Below, in pieces: positions 8,420-17,681 of a stretch of DNA of 64,000 nucleotides; position 1 is the stretch's first letter, and every line of letters begins with the position of its first letter. A model generated the notes under the pieces. That model worked only from the letters and a program-made list of their open reading frames with translations. It had not been told where the DNA came from and searched no databases. Location of the stretch: IMG/VR virus record IMGVR_UViG_3300019479_000003. One strand, 5' to 3'. Both the position numbers and the translations under genes were made by a program. The DNA is from a virus.

Positions 8420-11400
8420 TCATGACCCCCCTCTTCTGAATCGTTCTATCCTGGATTGCTTAAATTTCAATACCTCGTCAAAATCATCAACCGTTGCATA
8501 GATGAATTCGCGACCGTTCACTTGAATGGATACCGGTCGTTTTGCCACTTCACGGATTGCGGAAACTAAGCTGTAAAACCTCTCGGCCGAAAGCATTCCG
8601 GCCGAAATTCTACCTTGCACATAGCCGCCGCCACTTGCCATTACGGCCGCAGGTGCTAAATTGATAGGCAAACTCGCCCCGCGTAATGGATTCCTTATTA
8701 AGGAATTAGTCAGACTGGACATGGATTTCAAAGCAGTATTCCCGCTTTGATCAATACCCTCCGCAAGGCCCAACCCGATCATTTTCCCGACTTCGTCCCG
8801 CATGACTCTTGATGGAGATTTGATTTTCAGAGTGTTCTTTATGGTCTTTATTAATGTGTTAGCAATACTTTTTGCAGCAGATGCCAACGGGCCGGTCATG
8901 CTCTTTAGTCCATTGATCAATCCTTGGACTGTGTTTTTGCCAAGCACTTTACCCGAATTCCGATAATCTCCTAATTTCTTCACAGTTGACGCAAGGCCTT
9001 TAAGCTGTGCGATCCACTGTGATTTTGCATTTGCTAACTGTTTCTTCGCAGCCTCTGTCAGCGATTTGATCTGTGCTTCCATTTGCTTTTTCGCGTCAGC
9101 TAGCTGTGCGGTCGCTTCTTGTTTGGCCAAGCTGTGTTTTTCTTTCCATTGTTTCACATATTCATCAAGCATAAATTTCGGCATGGACGCAATCGCATGG
9201 ATTTCATCGGCCGCGTCGAGGCCCATCGCCCGGAGTTCTTTGATGAATTCCTTCGGCACGCCCATTTTTTGCAGCCTGGCCAAATCGTTTTGGAATTGCT
9301 TCATGAGCGCGTTTTGGTCTCGCAAATTTTGAAGTATCTTGGCCGGATCCACTCTTTTCGATTTCACTTCATCGAAGAGTCCGAGCTGGCCATAAATCGA
9401 TTGAGTCAGTTCCGAAAGCTGTTTATTGTATTCATTTTTCAGATTTTGAATATTTTTGTTCAAATTATCGTTAATCGATTTAACGCTCTTGAAGTATTTC
9501 TCCGTCGCGCCTTTGATGCCGGAATTCAAGCTCGTTACATTCTTTTGAATGCTCTGGTTTGCGGCGTAAATCTCTTTTTGAATTTTCCGGGCTTGGTCGC
9601 CGGTCAATTTGTAGCGATTTTGGATTTTCTTCAATTCGCTAATATATTTTGTCGCAGAAATTTTTCCAGTATCGTACTTGACTTCAAGATTTTTTAACGC
9701 CTCGGCTACGGCTTTCGATTGCGCTCTTGCCGCAGCTACGGCGCTTTTCGTAGAACGCTTGATGCCTTCTGCGACGCCGGCCCCGATGTTTTTTCCAACC
9801 TGGTCACGCATGACTTTTGACGGAGACGCGATTCCAAGAACCTTTTTTATGCCACCGGTTATTTTTTTGCCAATATCCCTTACGGCATCTACAACGGCAC
9901 TTGCCATGCCGGTTATCCCTCTAATCAGCCCGCGGATTATGTTTTGCCCGACACTCTTTAAATTTATACTTTTTAAGTATTTCACGGACTGATTCCAAAT
10001 GCTTATAATTGCGCTCTTGACGTTGTGCATCAAATTTCGCACACTTGATGCCATGCTGCTGAATCTTGAAACGACACCTTGCCATATAGAGCGTGCAGCG
10101 ACCAAAACTGCCTCTTTCAAAGCGTTCCAAATCGACGCGCCAAATGTGCGAAGCGTCGTAAAAATATTTTTCGCTTTTGTAAACAAATTGCCAAAAAACC
10201 CAACTACACGCGTGACCATGCCGGACACCGTATTTGTTGCGTTCGTTCCTGCATTTTTGAACGTGTTTACAATGTTCGTCCACAGATTTTTGACGATGCT
10301 GACGCCGTTTTTCAGCAGGTTTGTAAGAATCTTTTTAATTCCGCCGAAAAAGTTTAAAGTCATTAGTCCAGCTATGAAGTTGATCGCTCCGCTGAAAAGT
10401 TGTTTAATGCCTTCCCACATTTTTCGGAAGTCGCCCGTGAAAAGACCGGTGAATATTTTGACTAGACCCATAATGCCGTCAAGCGCTCCGCCCACGATAT
10501 CTTTGACCGCGCCCCATAAGGTTTGCACGACAAATTTAATAACCGGCGAGAAAAACTTGAAAATCGCTACCAGAACAGACCAGAAATTACGGACAGCCTC
10601 AATGATCTGCGCGCCGTTTTGGTCCCAAAACGCTTTTATTTCGTTGATTTTAGCCAAAATAAAAGCGCCAACCGCTGTCAGTGCTGGCACAACAAAGGAT
10701 TTGATCGTATTAAAAACGTTCATGAATCCAGTTCTGAATGATTCTAAACGTTGAAAAACCGACGGCGGAAGTATCGCCTCAAACGCGTCTTTGACCGTTG
10801 AAAACGCCGCGGCCACTTTCGGAATTAAACTGACCACCCATGAGAAAAACCCTCGTATGACCGTTTTTAAACTATCAAACATTCCTGCAATGCTTCCTGG
10901 ACCACCAAGTGCTTCATCGATAGCACCAATTACATCAGCCACACCTTTTACAACGGCTGTTCTTACGTTTTGCCAGGAAGTAGCTATTCCCGTAGTGGAT
11001 TTCTTTGCCATTTCGGCAAAACCACCAACGCCTTCGTTCAATTCGACCAGTTTGGCAGTGAACTCATCAAACGTAATTTTTCCGTCTTTTAATGCGGCGT
11101 ATAAGTCATTTTGAGCCGACTTTCCAGCGAATCCAAACGCTTCGGCTGTCTTATTTAATGCAACTGGCATCGTCTCTTGCAACGTGCGCCAGGATTGAAG
11201 GTCTACCGTTCCCGTCGACAACATTTGTACAAATTGTTCTAATCCTCGAGCGGCATCTGCTGAACTTGCCCCACTGGCCAAGAACGCATTGTTTAGCGCT
11301 AGTGTGATATCGACTGCACCGTCTAAGTCCCCGGTCATCAAAGCAATTCTTTGAGTAGTTTTTGCTACGCTATCAAGAGTGGTGGGTAAGCCTTCAATAC

Positions 11401-11707
11401 CTTTTGAAAGCCTATCTATGGCCTTCCGGGATTCTTCTGCATCAAACCCCATTGTTTGAAGAACTCGGGGGAAATTGCTCAATGTATCATACCTAGAAAT
11501 TGCGCCATCAAGAGCACTTTTCACCATGTTGATAGCCTTTGATGCCAATTGAACTAAGCCGAGTGCAGTAGCAATCTCTTTTATCCCAGAAGCAGCTCTT
11601 TTACCAGCTCCAGCAACACCGCCTAACCGTTTATCTATATTTGCCACACCTTTGGTGACTTTCCCATCATCAAGAATGACGTCAATTACAACACGACCGT
11701 CAGCCAT
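8420..11707 (-). CDS. Tape measure protein (1095 aa)
   Basis: Long Ala/Gly-rich helical ORF after the chaperones; tape-measure domain (LGQFVQM-like EQFVQMLSTG, DLQSWRTL); IASPSKVM motifs. Confidence 0.95.
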   Translation of the reverse strand: MADGRVVIDVILDDGKVTKGVANIDKRLGGVAGAGKRAASGIKEIATALGLVQLASKAINMVKSALDGAISRYDTLSNFPRVLQTMGFDAEESRKAIDRLSKGIEGLPTTLDSVAKTTQRIALMTGDLDGAVDITLALNNAFLASGASSADAARGLEQFVQMLSTGTVDLQSWRTLQETMPVALNKTAEAFGFAGKSAQNDLYAALKDGKITFDEFTAKLVELNEGVGGFAEMAKKSTTGIATSWQNVRTAVVKGVADVIGAIDEALGGPGSIAGMFDSLKTVIRGFFSWVVSLIPKVAAAFSTVKDAFEAILPPSVFQRLESFRTGFMNVFNTIKSFVVPALTAVGAFILAKINEIKAFWDQNGAQIIEAVRNFWSVLVAIFKFFSPVIKFVVQTLWGAVKDIVGGALDGIMGLVKIFTGLFTGDFRKMWEGIKQLFSGAINFIAGLMTLNFFGGIKKILTNLLKNGVSIVKNLWTNIVNTFKNAGTNATNTVSGMVTRVVGFFGNLFTKAKNIFTTLRTFGASIWNALKEAVLVAARSIWQGVVSRFSSMASSVRNLMHNVKSAIISIWNQSVKYLKSINLKSVGQNIIRGLIRGITGMASAVVDAVRDIGKKITGGIKKVLGIASPSKVMRDQVGKNIGAGVAEGIKRSTKSAVAAARAQSKAVAEALKNLEVKYDTGKISATKYISELKKIQNRYKLTGDQARKIQKEIYAANQSIQKNVTSLNSGIKGATEKYFKSVKSINDNLNKNIQNLKNEYNKQLSELTQSIYGQLGLFDEVKSKRVDPAKILQNLRDQNALMKQFQNDLARLQKMGVPKEFIKELRAMGLDAADEIHAIASMPKFMLDEYVKQWKEKHSLAKQEATAQLADAKKQMEAQIKSLTEAAKKQLANAKSQWIAQLKGLASTVKKLGDYRNSGKVLGKNTVQGLINGLKSMTGPLASAAKSIANTLIKTIKNTLKIKSPSRVMRDEVGKMIGLGLAEGIDQSGNTALKSMSSLTNSLIRNPLRGASLPINLAPAAVMASGGGYVQGRISAGMLSAERFYSLVSAIREVAKRPVSIQVNGREFIYATVDDFDEVLKFKQSRIERFRRGGS

Positions 11708-11746
11708 TCATTTCACCTGCCTTTCTCAGGCAAATAAAAAAGAGCC

Positions 11747-12313
11747 TTACGGCTCGTCTTCTTTCAGCTTGTAGTATGCTTTAAGCTTTTTGATTCGCTC
11801 TCTTTCCTTCTCCATTCCCTTGCCGGAAGGGAGCTCCATTGTCCGGATCTCGATTACTTCCTTGAATTTTGTGTCTGGCCTAAGGCCAACTAACAGGGCC
11901 TTGAACTTCTCCCAGTGAAGTTTCCCTTGCATTTCAAATAGATCAATCCCATAGTCTTGGTAGAAAGACGCGTAAATATACTCCGCATCCTGTTTGATTG
12001 AATAGACCCTTTTCTGTTCTTCCGGATCCACGGGTAGAGGGTTTCCTTCAATATCAACCGGGATGTTTTCCTCGGCTTCTTTTCCGATCGTTTCACGGAA
12101 AATCTTTTGAAAGATTTCTGCCTTCTTTTCAATCGGATAGTCCAATTCAACGCCAAGAAGCATATATAGCCCGGTCTCAATCTGTGTCACGTCATCAAGC
12201 TCTTTATCGTTGAGCATATCGATCAGCCGGAGAACATTGTCAAATGACAGGTCCAGTTTGTATTTCTTTCCGTCAATCTCAACGGTATCATCCAGCGGGT
12301 AAGCCAAATCCAT
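11747..12313 (-). CDS. Tail assembly chaperone, A118 Gp15-like
   Basis: LSFDNVL, DAEYIYASFYQDYGIDL, LHWEKFKALL motifs. Confidence 0.85.
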   Translation of the reverse strand: MDLAYPLDDTVEIDGKKYKLDLSFDNVLRLIDMLNDKELDDVTQIETGLYMLLGVELDYPIEKKAEIFQKIFRETIGKEAEENIPVDIEGNPLPVDPEEQKRVYSIKQDAEYIYASFYQDYGIDLFEMQGKLHWEKFKALLVGLRPDTKFKEVIEIRTMELPSGKGMEKERERIKKLKAYYKLKEDEP

Positions 12314-12319
12314 GAGCAA

Positions 12320-12706
12320 TCACTTCTTTTTCGCTTGGAGATATTTCTTCGCCTTCTCCGCTTGTGATTCCATGAATCCCATAGCTCGCAACTCTTCCTC
12401 GATTCCTTCGACAACTTGTTGGAAATATTGCATGCAGTAAAGGACTGACGGGGATAATTCGTAAATTTTCTCAAAGGCCCCGTCTCCTAGCATAAAATCA
12501 AATCCTTGGCGCAAAATGTCTTTAATACCTTCCAGCGCCTTGTTTTCGTATTTCTCGTCTACCTCGATCTTTTCGATCGCTTCGATTGCATTTTTTGCTT
12601 TTTCCCGGAAATTCTTGATAGATTCGTCGGATACATCAAAAACAAATTTCAGATCCCCGATTTCAACCGGTATTTCCGGTTTTTTCGTTTGAATTTTAAT
12701 GGCCAT
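12320..12706 (-). CDS. Tail assembly chaperone (A118 Gp14-like position)
   Basis: Position between major tail and Gp15; GDGAFEKIYE motif. Confidence 0.7.
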   Translation of the reverse strand: MAIKIQTKKPEIPVEIGDLKFVFDVSDESIKNFREKAKNAIEAIEKIEVDEKYENKALEGIKDILRQGFDFMLGDGAFEKIYELSPSVLYCMQYFQQVVEGIEEELRAMGFMESQAEKAKKYLQAKKK

Positions 12707-12734
12707 TTTTCAATCACCTCACAAAGAATATGTA

Positions 12735-12764
12735 AAAAAGAGGGTAGAAAGATGCTACCCTCTT
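12735..12764 (-). terminator. Intrinsic terminator after the major tail gene
   Basis: AAGAGGGTAG-CATCTTT-CTACCCTCTTTTT on the minus strand. Confidence 0.7.
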
Positions 12765-13209
12765 AGGACCCAGAACCACCGGGGGTTATGGTCGGTTTCC
12801 GATCCCATGCTATTGTGCAAGAGAATGTTTCGTATTCTGTAGCCTCGCCACCAGTAACCTTGATTTCCGTCACCGTAGCAGGCCCTTCCAATACATCGCC
12901 GTTAGAGCGCTCTTGTTTGAACATGATTTTCCGCCCTTCTCCTGTTTCGAATTCAAGGCTGGCAATAAATTTCATGGCCGGGTCATCATCGTCATAAAAT
13001 CCTTCGAAAGTATATGTCTTCTTCACCGAACGAACGTCAGTTTCCGGAGTCCCATCACCATCGTAGAACCCCGTATCTTCGGTTTCTTCTTCCGAATCAT
13101 CCGTGACCGATGAAATCCATTTCCCGAGGCGGAAATACGTCGGCTGAGATTGGCCATCTGGAATAGCCCCGACATAGTACTTCGTTTTGGCGTTCTTTTC
13201 TCTTGCCAT
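12763..13209 (-). CDS. Major tail (tube) protein
   Basis: 148 aa, FYDGDGTPETDV, FEGFYD..DPA, GGEATEYETF tail-tube motifs; synteny. Confidence 0.85.
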   Translation of the reverse strand: MAREKNAKTKYYVGAIPDGQSQPTYFRLGKWISSVTDDSEEETEDTGFYDGDGTPETDVRSVKKTYTFEGFYDDDDPAMKFIASLEFETGEGRKIMFKQERSNGDVLEGPATVTEIKVTGGEATEYETFSCTIAWDRKPTITPGGSGS

Positions 13210-13616
13210 CAGACCTCAACTCCTTCATAAATGGTTATTTTTGCGACAATGTTCATGGCATAAATAAAAAACCCTTGCTCGTCCTGCGTTACCAAGTTCG
13301 GCAAGGATTGGGTTGTAATCTTTTGAAAGTCATAGCTGCCGTTGGCGCTTGGAAGATCATCGATATTTTCGAGGGTTTGATAGATTGTGGTCAATGCATT
13401 AAAACAGTTAGGCTGGTTTTTGCTTTTTGCATTAACTTGCACTTGGTAGTCTTTATCCCTAACGCCATCAAAATAGACGGTTTCATTCCCACCAGGCATC
13501 GGCATGATGGAGAGGCTCTCTCCGGGCCCGAGCAACCCGATACTACAAGGTGCATACAGCCCAAGACTATTGATTTTTTGATTCAGCCTGTCCAAAAAAT
13601 CCAATTGTATCGCCAT
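13209..13616 (-). CDS. Tail terminator / A118-type minor capsid protein 3
   Basis: Synteny upstream of major tail; YQVQVNAKS, LPSANGSYDF. Confidence 0.7.
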   Translation of the reverse strand: MAIQLDFLDRLNQKINSLGLYAPCSIGLLGPGESLSIMPMPGGNETVYFDGVRDKDYQVQVNAKSKNQPNCFNALTTIYQTLENIDDLPSANGSYDFQKITTQSLPNLVTQDEQGFFIYAMNIVAKITIYEGVEV

Positions 13617-13617
13617 T

Positions 13618-13947
13618 TTATTTCATCGCCTTCTTTACGACGCGAATCCACGAATCTTGGTGAAGAGCCTGGGCCTTTACATCCCACTTCGGGCCTGTTC
13701 CTGGGGTGGTGAATTTCGCGCCGTAATTGTAGTACTGCCGCTTGGCATAGGGAACGTGCCAAATAATTTGCTTGCCATCCGTTGAAATCGATGACTGGTT
13801 CCGCAGATCCCCAGAACGGAAAGGAGCATATTGATTGGCGTCAGCGTGCACTTGATTTACAAGCGCGTATTGACCTTGTTTTACCATTCGGTCTGTCTTA
13901 ACCTTTACGCCTTTCAGATCAATTTTCACCTTGGCCCGGGCCATCAT
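13618..13947 (-). CDS. Head-tail joining protein (A118-type minor capsid protein 2)
   Basis: YAPFRSGDLR, VPYAKRQYY, FTTPGTGPKW; start coupled to the upstream stop. Confidence 0.75.
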   Translation of the reverse strand: MMARAKVKIDLKGVKVKTDRMVKQGQYALVNQVHADANQYAPFRSGDLRNQSSISTDGKQIIWHVPYAKRQYYNYGAKFTTPGTGPKWDVKAQALHQDSWIRVVKKAMK

Positions 13948-14291
13948 ATCACTTCCAGTTCCCAATGATGGATTTCGTTTCGAACAGGAAAATAGCACGG
14001 GACCACCTTTTGCAGTACGAATTCCCTACCACCGAATTCAATGATGGACTGCTCCTTGAACTCAGCCGGAAGTGGTTTGCTGTGCGTTGCATCCACAAAA
14101 ATAACCGCATCCGCCAGGATTTTCGTTTGTGTCGAATCCCGGCTGAATACGGTTGAGTTGTCTACCCTGACGTTTTCAATAGTGATCGGATCCTCGTAGA
14201 CCGGATTTCCCCATCCATCATTTTGTCCTGTATATCCCCTATACACAACTGTGTGAATCAGCCATTTTTTCGGCAGTGGCGGAACTCTCAT
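13944..14291 (-). CDS. Head closure / A118-type minor capsid protein (115 aa, MRVPPLPKK...)
   Basis: ATG at 14291 coupled to the upstream stop; HHWELEV C-terminus; synteny. Confidence 0.75.
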   Translation of the reverse strand: MRVPPLPKKWLIHTVVYRGYTGQNDGWGNPVYEDPITIENVRVDNSTVFSRDSTQTKILADAVIFVDATHSKPLPAEFKEQSIIEFGGREFVLQKVVPCYFPVRNEIHHWELEVI

Positions 14292-14674
14292 CCTACCACC
14301 CCTACACCACGGTACATGAGCCCTGTATCGCTCAAATAAAGGTAGACATCCGGCGCGACGATGGTATTGGTTTTCTTTTGGTTTGCCTCGCCTGTCCAAA
14401 TCTGAGTCCGGCCGATTTGGACGGTAAGCGGATCGTTGATCTCGTGTGTGCTGGTCGCTCCGATGTCGTGGAAATACTCGATTTGACAAGCCAGCGCCTT
14501 CTTGAATTTATCCCGGCGAAAAGGAATGTCGGTTTCCAGGTCATGAAACCGGTAGAAACTACGGGTGACGGAATCCAATACGTCCTCGGCTTTTTTCAGC
14601 AGCTTATCGAATTCCGTTTGGTCTAGTTCGACGAAACCGAGATTTTTATATTCGTCATAGGTCAGATAGGCCAT
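14288..14674 (-). CDS. Head-tail connector (adaptor) protein
   Basis: MAYLTYDEY start, KKALACQIEY, YLSDTGLMYRGV; synteny. Confidence 0.8.
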   Translation of the reverse strand: MAYLTYDEYKNLGFVELDQTEFDKLLKKAEDVLDSVTRSFYRFHDLETDIPFRRDKFKKALACQIEYFHDIGATSTHEINDPLTVQIGRTQIWTGEANQKKTNTIVAPDVYLYLSDTGLMYRGVGVVG

Positions 14675-14707
14675 TTCCTAGCCCCCTTTCAAAAAGAAAG
14701 AGGGCTT

Positions 14708-14884
14708 TTATTTGCCCTCTTTCCCGTTCGACGCAACCTTTTTCAGGCCTTTCTTTTTGATTTCCTCGGCCTCTTTTTTCAATACCTCTTCCGTGACTTC
14801 TTCATATCCCTTGGCCTTCAATTCGGCAATGATGGATTTATTTTCCTCGCGGATGATGACATTTTCTTTCCTCAAAATTGCCAT
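14708..14884 (-). CDS. Small charged head-associated protein (58 aa)
   Basis: Hand-translated MAILRKENVIIREENKSIIAELKAKGYEEV...; SD AAAGGAGG. Confidence 0.7.
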   Translation of the reverse strand: MAILRKENVIIREENKSIIAELKAKGYEEVTEEVLKKEAEEIKKKGLKKVASNGKEGK

Positions 14885-14903
14885 TATTCATCCTCCTTTG
14901 TCA

Positions 14904-15785
14904 TTATGCTTTCGCGACCGTGCCGTGCGACACGACCACGCCATCGGCTTTATTTTTCAGCACAAACAAATCATGATACAGGCGGTTTTGATAGAGATAG
15001 CCGTCTCCTTCGGTGTGTTCCCCGGGTTGGAAGAGATAGACAGAATTTACTTTCGCTTTGGCCACCACAGCGCCACGGAACACGATAACCCAGTTCAAAG
15101 CGTAGGATCCGGGTGCGGCAACGAAGCCGTCAGTGAAATCGAAAGAAGTGTGGAAACGATCAACGTCAAACACTTCGATGAGACGGACCCCATCCAAAGT
15201 CGTAACACGGGTTTCAATCGTCGTACCTTGGTTATCCAGGCTGATTTGCCCTTTTCCTTCTTTGTATTGTTCGATGAGGTCCATTACGTCGCTAGATACA
15301 TAGGCGATCAGGTTCGAAGTTCCGTATTTGCGGACTTTCTTGATGTCTGCTTTCAGGCGGTTGATGATATTATCAACCGTCAGATCTTCGGCCGTGCTGT
15401 TGCCCTGTGCGATCGCTTTTGTAGCCAGCTTGCTGAACCGGTATGCATCAATTTCCGGGCCAGCTTGTTCGGTCAAAAAGATACGGGTGATATTCGCCGC
15501 GCTGGCCGCTTGGTTGGATTCGTCAACATCCATTCGATCAACGAAGAATTCCACATCACGGTCAAATCCCAACGTGTACGGTTCATGGGTGACCGTGACC
15601 GTCCCACGGTTGAATCCGCCATTCCGGCTATGGTTTTTATACCCGGACACAGCGACAGTGGGAACATGGAACGTCCTGGCCCCCATCCAGTTCACGTTGG
15701 GCGTTTCCAATTCATTGGTCAATGTCGCTTGTTTAATCACTTGATCAAGTTCTTGTTGGTATTGTTCAGCGTAGTTAATTGCCAT
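14904..15785 (-). CDS. Major capsid protein
   Basis: 293 aa after scaffold; MAINYAEQY, DRDVEFFVDRMDVDES, PEIDAYRFSKL, YLYQNRLYHDLFV. Confidence 0.9.
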   Translation of the reverse strand: MAINYAEQYQQELDQVIKQATLTNELETPNVNWMGARTFHVPTVAVSGYKNHSRNGGFNRGTVTVTHEPYTLGFDRDVEFFVDRMDVDESNQAASAANITRIFLTEQAGPEIDAYRFSKLATKAIAQGNSTAEDLTVDNIINRLKADIKKVRKYGTSNLIAYVSSDVMDLIEQYKEGKGQISLDNQGTTIETRVTTLDGVRLIEVFDVDRFHTSFDFTDGFVAAPGSYALNWVIVFRGAVVAKAKVNSVYLFQPGEHTEGDGYLYQNRLYHDLFVLKNKADGVVVSHGTVAKA

Positions 15786-15807
15786 TCTCCATCATCCTCC
15801 TAAACTT

Positions 15808-16458
15808 TTATTTTTGGCCCAAAAGGGCCGCTGCGAAGTCATCCAATTTTCCATCTTTTTGGTGCTGCCCCGTCGAGAACATGGGCTTTTGCGGTTGTTG
15901 CCCGTCTTGTTGCTGTTGCTGCGCTTTGAAATGCGGATACTTTTCCAAGACCTTTTGGATGGCCTGGTCCATATCCACATCGTCCGAGATGTAGTTCCTC
16001 GCCAAAACAACAACATCCTCAACTGAGTCGGCTTTTACGCCAGCTTTGAGTGCGGAAAGCTGTGCTTTGAGCCTTTCGTTCTCTTCGGAAAGAGATCCCC
16101 TTTCCTTTTCCAATGCTTGCAAGCGATCAGACAGTTTTTGTGCCTCAGATTTTTGGCTTTCTTGCCATTCTTTGAATTTTTTGAGTCCTTCTTTTGCGGA
16201 ATTGAAGTCTTCAATTCCTAAATCCCGAAGGATTTTTTCAGTCGCCTTCTTTTTTTCTTTGGCAATGAGATTATTGACTTCCGATTGCGGAAGCATCTTT
16301 TCTTGCTGTTGATCTTCCCCCCCGTCTTGCGGGTTTTGTCCCTCCCCAGCATGTTGATTCGCCGGTTGCTGGTCACCGGGTTGGCCGCCGCCTTCTCCTC
16401 CATCTGCGGCGAAGAATTGCAGATTCAGGCGATATGGGAAATGGTTCATAAGATTCAT
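15808..16458 (-). CDS. Capsid scaffold protein
   Basis: LNLQFFA motif, low-complexity acidic N-terminus, coiled coil, LEKYPHF. Confidence 0.9.
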   Translation of the reverse strand: MNLMNHFPYRLNLQFFAADGGEGGGQPGDQQPANQHAGEGQNPQDGGEDQQQEKMLPQSEVNNLIAKEKKKATEKILRDLGIEDFNSAKEGLKKFKEWQESQKSEAQKLSDRLQALEKERGSLSEENERLKAQLSALKAGVKADSVEDVVVLARNYISDDVDMDQAIQKVLEKYPHFKAQQQQQDGQQPQKPMFSTGQHQKDGKLDDFAAALLGQK

Positions 16459-16549
16459 AGTCAAAAACCCTCCATTACGGATGTATTCTCCCGTTTTATT
16501 TAACGCCCACCCCGGGTAAACGGGCAGTAAAAAAGGTCATTATCAATGA

Positions 16550-17677
16550 TTAGACAACGACCTTTTCCTTCTCATATCTTCTCGTCAAGCCGTGTTCAGC
16601 AATAAATTCCCTTATCCTCGCTTGCCTTGCACTTACGAGATTCTTATATTTTCGGATCAGTTCCTCGTCCCCTACTTCCTCGGCCAGTTTTAGGGCCCGT
16701 TTTGCCTTTCTGATTTGCCGTTCGTAATATCGCTGTTTTTGGGAAAGTTCATATCGTTTTTGGGCCTCTCTGATGTTGTATTGACGTTGATTATTCTCAT
16801 TGACGCCTTCAATGAACGGATAGAATTGATGACGGCAATTGATGCCGCGCAGGCCCCACGGCTGACCGTATCCAAATTCATACACGCTTGGATATTTCGG
16901 ATTACTTGAAGGGTTGCTCAAAGATGCGACTTTTCCCTGAATATGCGAACATGCCGGTCGGGGATCCGGAACGCTGCTGACCAGCACCAGATCCACCCCG
17001 TATTCTTGCATTCGTGATGTTCTCAACTCATTGTATGTCCGGTTCACTGTTGTCCGGATGACCATGCTTGCGTAAGGTTCCAAGGACCATGTCCTTCCTG
17101 CCCTATCCACGAACCCTGTGTTCAGGCCCTTTTCTGCCCATCGGATGACGGTTTCGGCCATAGCCCGGTTGACCGTGGTCATCCCTGCCAAAACTTTTGC
17201 CGTCGTTTCTTCGATGATTCGGCGGTACATCCTGGCCACGGTCCCCTCGCCGAACGTGGTAGTGATCAGCGACTGATTCACAAAATTATCGAGTTCCCGG
17301 AAAACTTGCGAAGCATAAGCCGCCAAAATCACGTCCAATTGTGTCGGCTTTGGTAAAGGACTGAATATGCCCTTCAGTTCATTATCCACGCCGGCTATGG
17401 TTTGCTCTGCCACTTCCCGAATAATTCTCCGGATTTCTTTTTCAGCTTTCCCTGTTGCTTTAGCCAAGGCTTTGATGGTCCGTTCGTTTATCATCCTCAA
17501 CTCTTGCATCTTCTCGATTTGCCAATGCAAGACTTGATCACGACCGGCGTCATTCGTAGTTTTCAGACGCTGTGCGATCATTTCAAATATTTCATCTTCA
17601 AGTGCCCGATATATTTCGGCGATCGGGCCGATGACTTCATCAAAATGATCGGGAGTGATTTCGTTTTGGATCGCCAT
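16550..17677 (-). CDS. Minor capsid/head morphogenesis protein (A118 gp4-like)
   Basis: PRPACSHIQGKV, GLRGINCRHQFYPF, QRYYERQIRKAKR motifs. Confidence 0.85.
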   Translation of the reverse strand: MAIQNEITPDHFDEVIGPIAEIYRALEDEIFEMIAQRLKTTNDAGRDQVLHWQIEKMQELRMINERTIKALAKATGKAEKEIRRIIREVAEQTIAGVDNELKGIFSPLPKPTQLDVILAAYASQVFRELDNFVNQSLITTTFGEGTVARMYRRIIEETTAKVLAGMTTVNRAMAETVIRWAEKGLNTGFVDRAGRTWSLEPYASMVIRTTVNRTYNELRTSRMQEYGVDLVLVSSVPDPRPACSHIQGKVASLSNPSSNPKYPSVYEFGYGQPWGLRGINCRHQFYPFIEGVNENNQRQYNIREAQKRYELSQKQRYYERQIRKAKRALKLAEEVGDEELIRKYKNLVSARQARIREFIAEHGLTRRYEKEKVVV

Positions 17678-17681
17678 CTAA

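Noticed and set aside
12750-12790. Programmed +1 frameshift extension of the major tail protein, as in A118/SPP1
   Set aside because: The gene ends TCC TAA, the +1 frame closes after ~15 codons, and a terminator follows; no Ig-like extension
14712-15803. 363-aa plus-strand ORF, and many other antisense ORFs in the track (e.g. 2034-2612, 6019-6750, 9999-10754, 22547-23428)
   Set aside because: Shadows of real minus-strand genes; no RBS, no recognisable motifs, atypical composition
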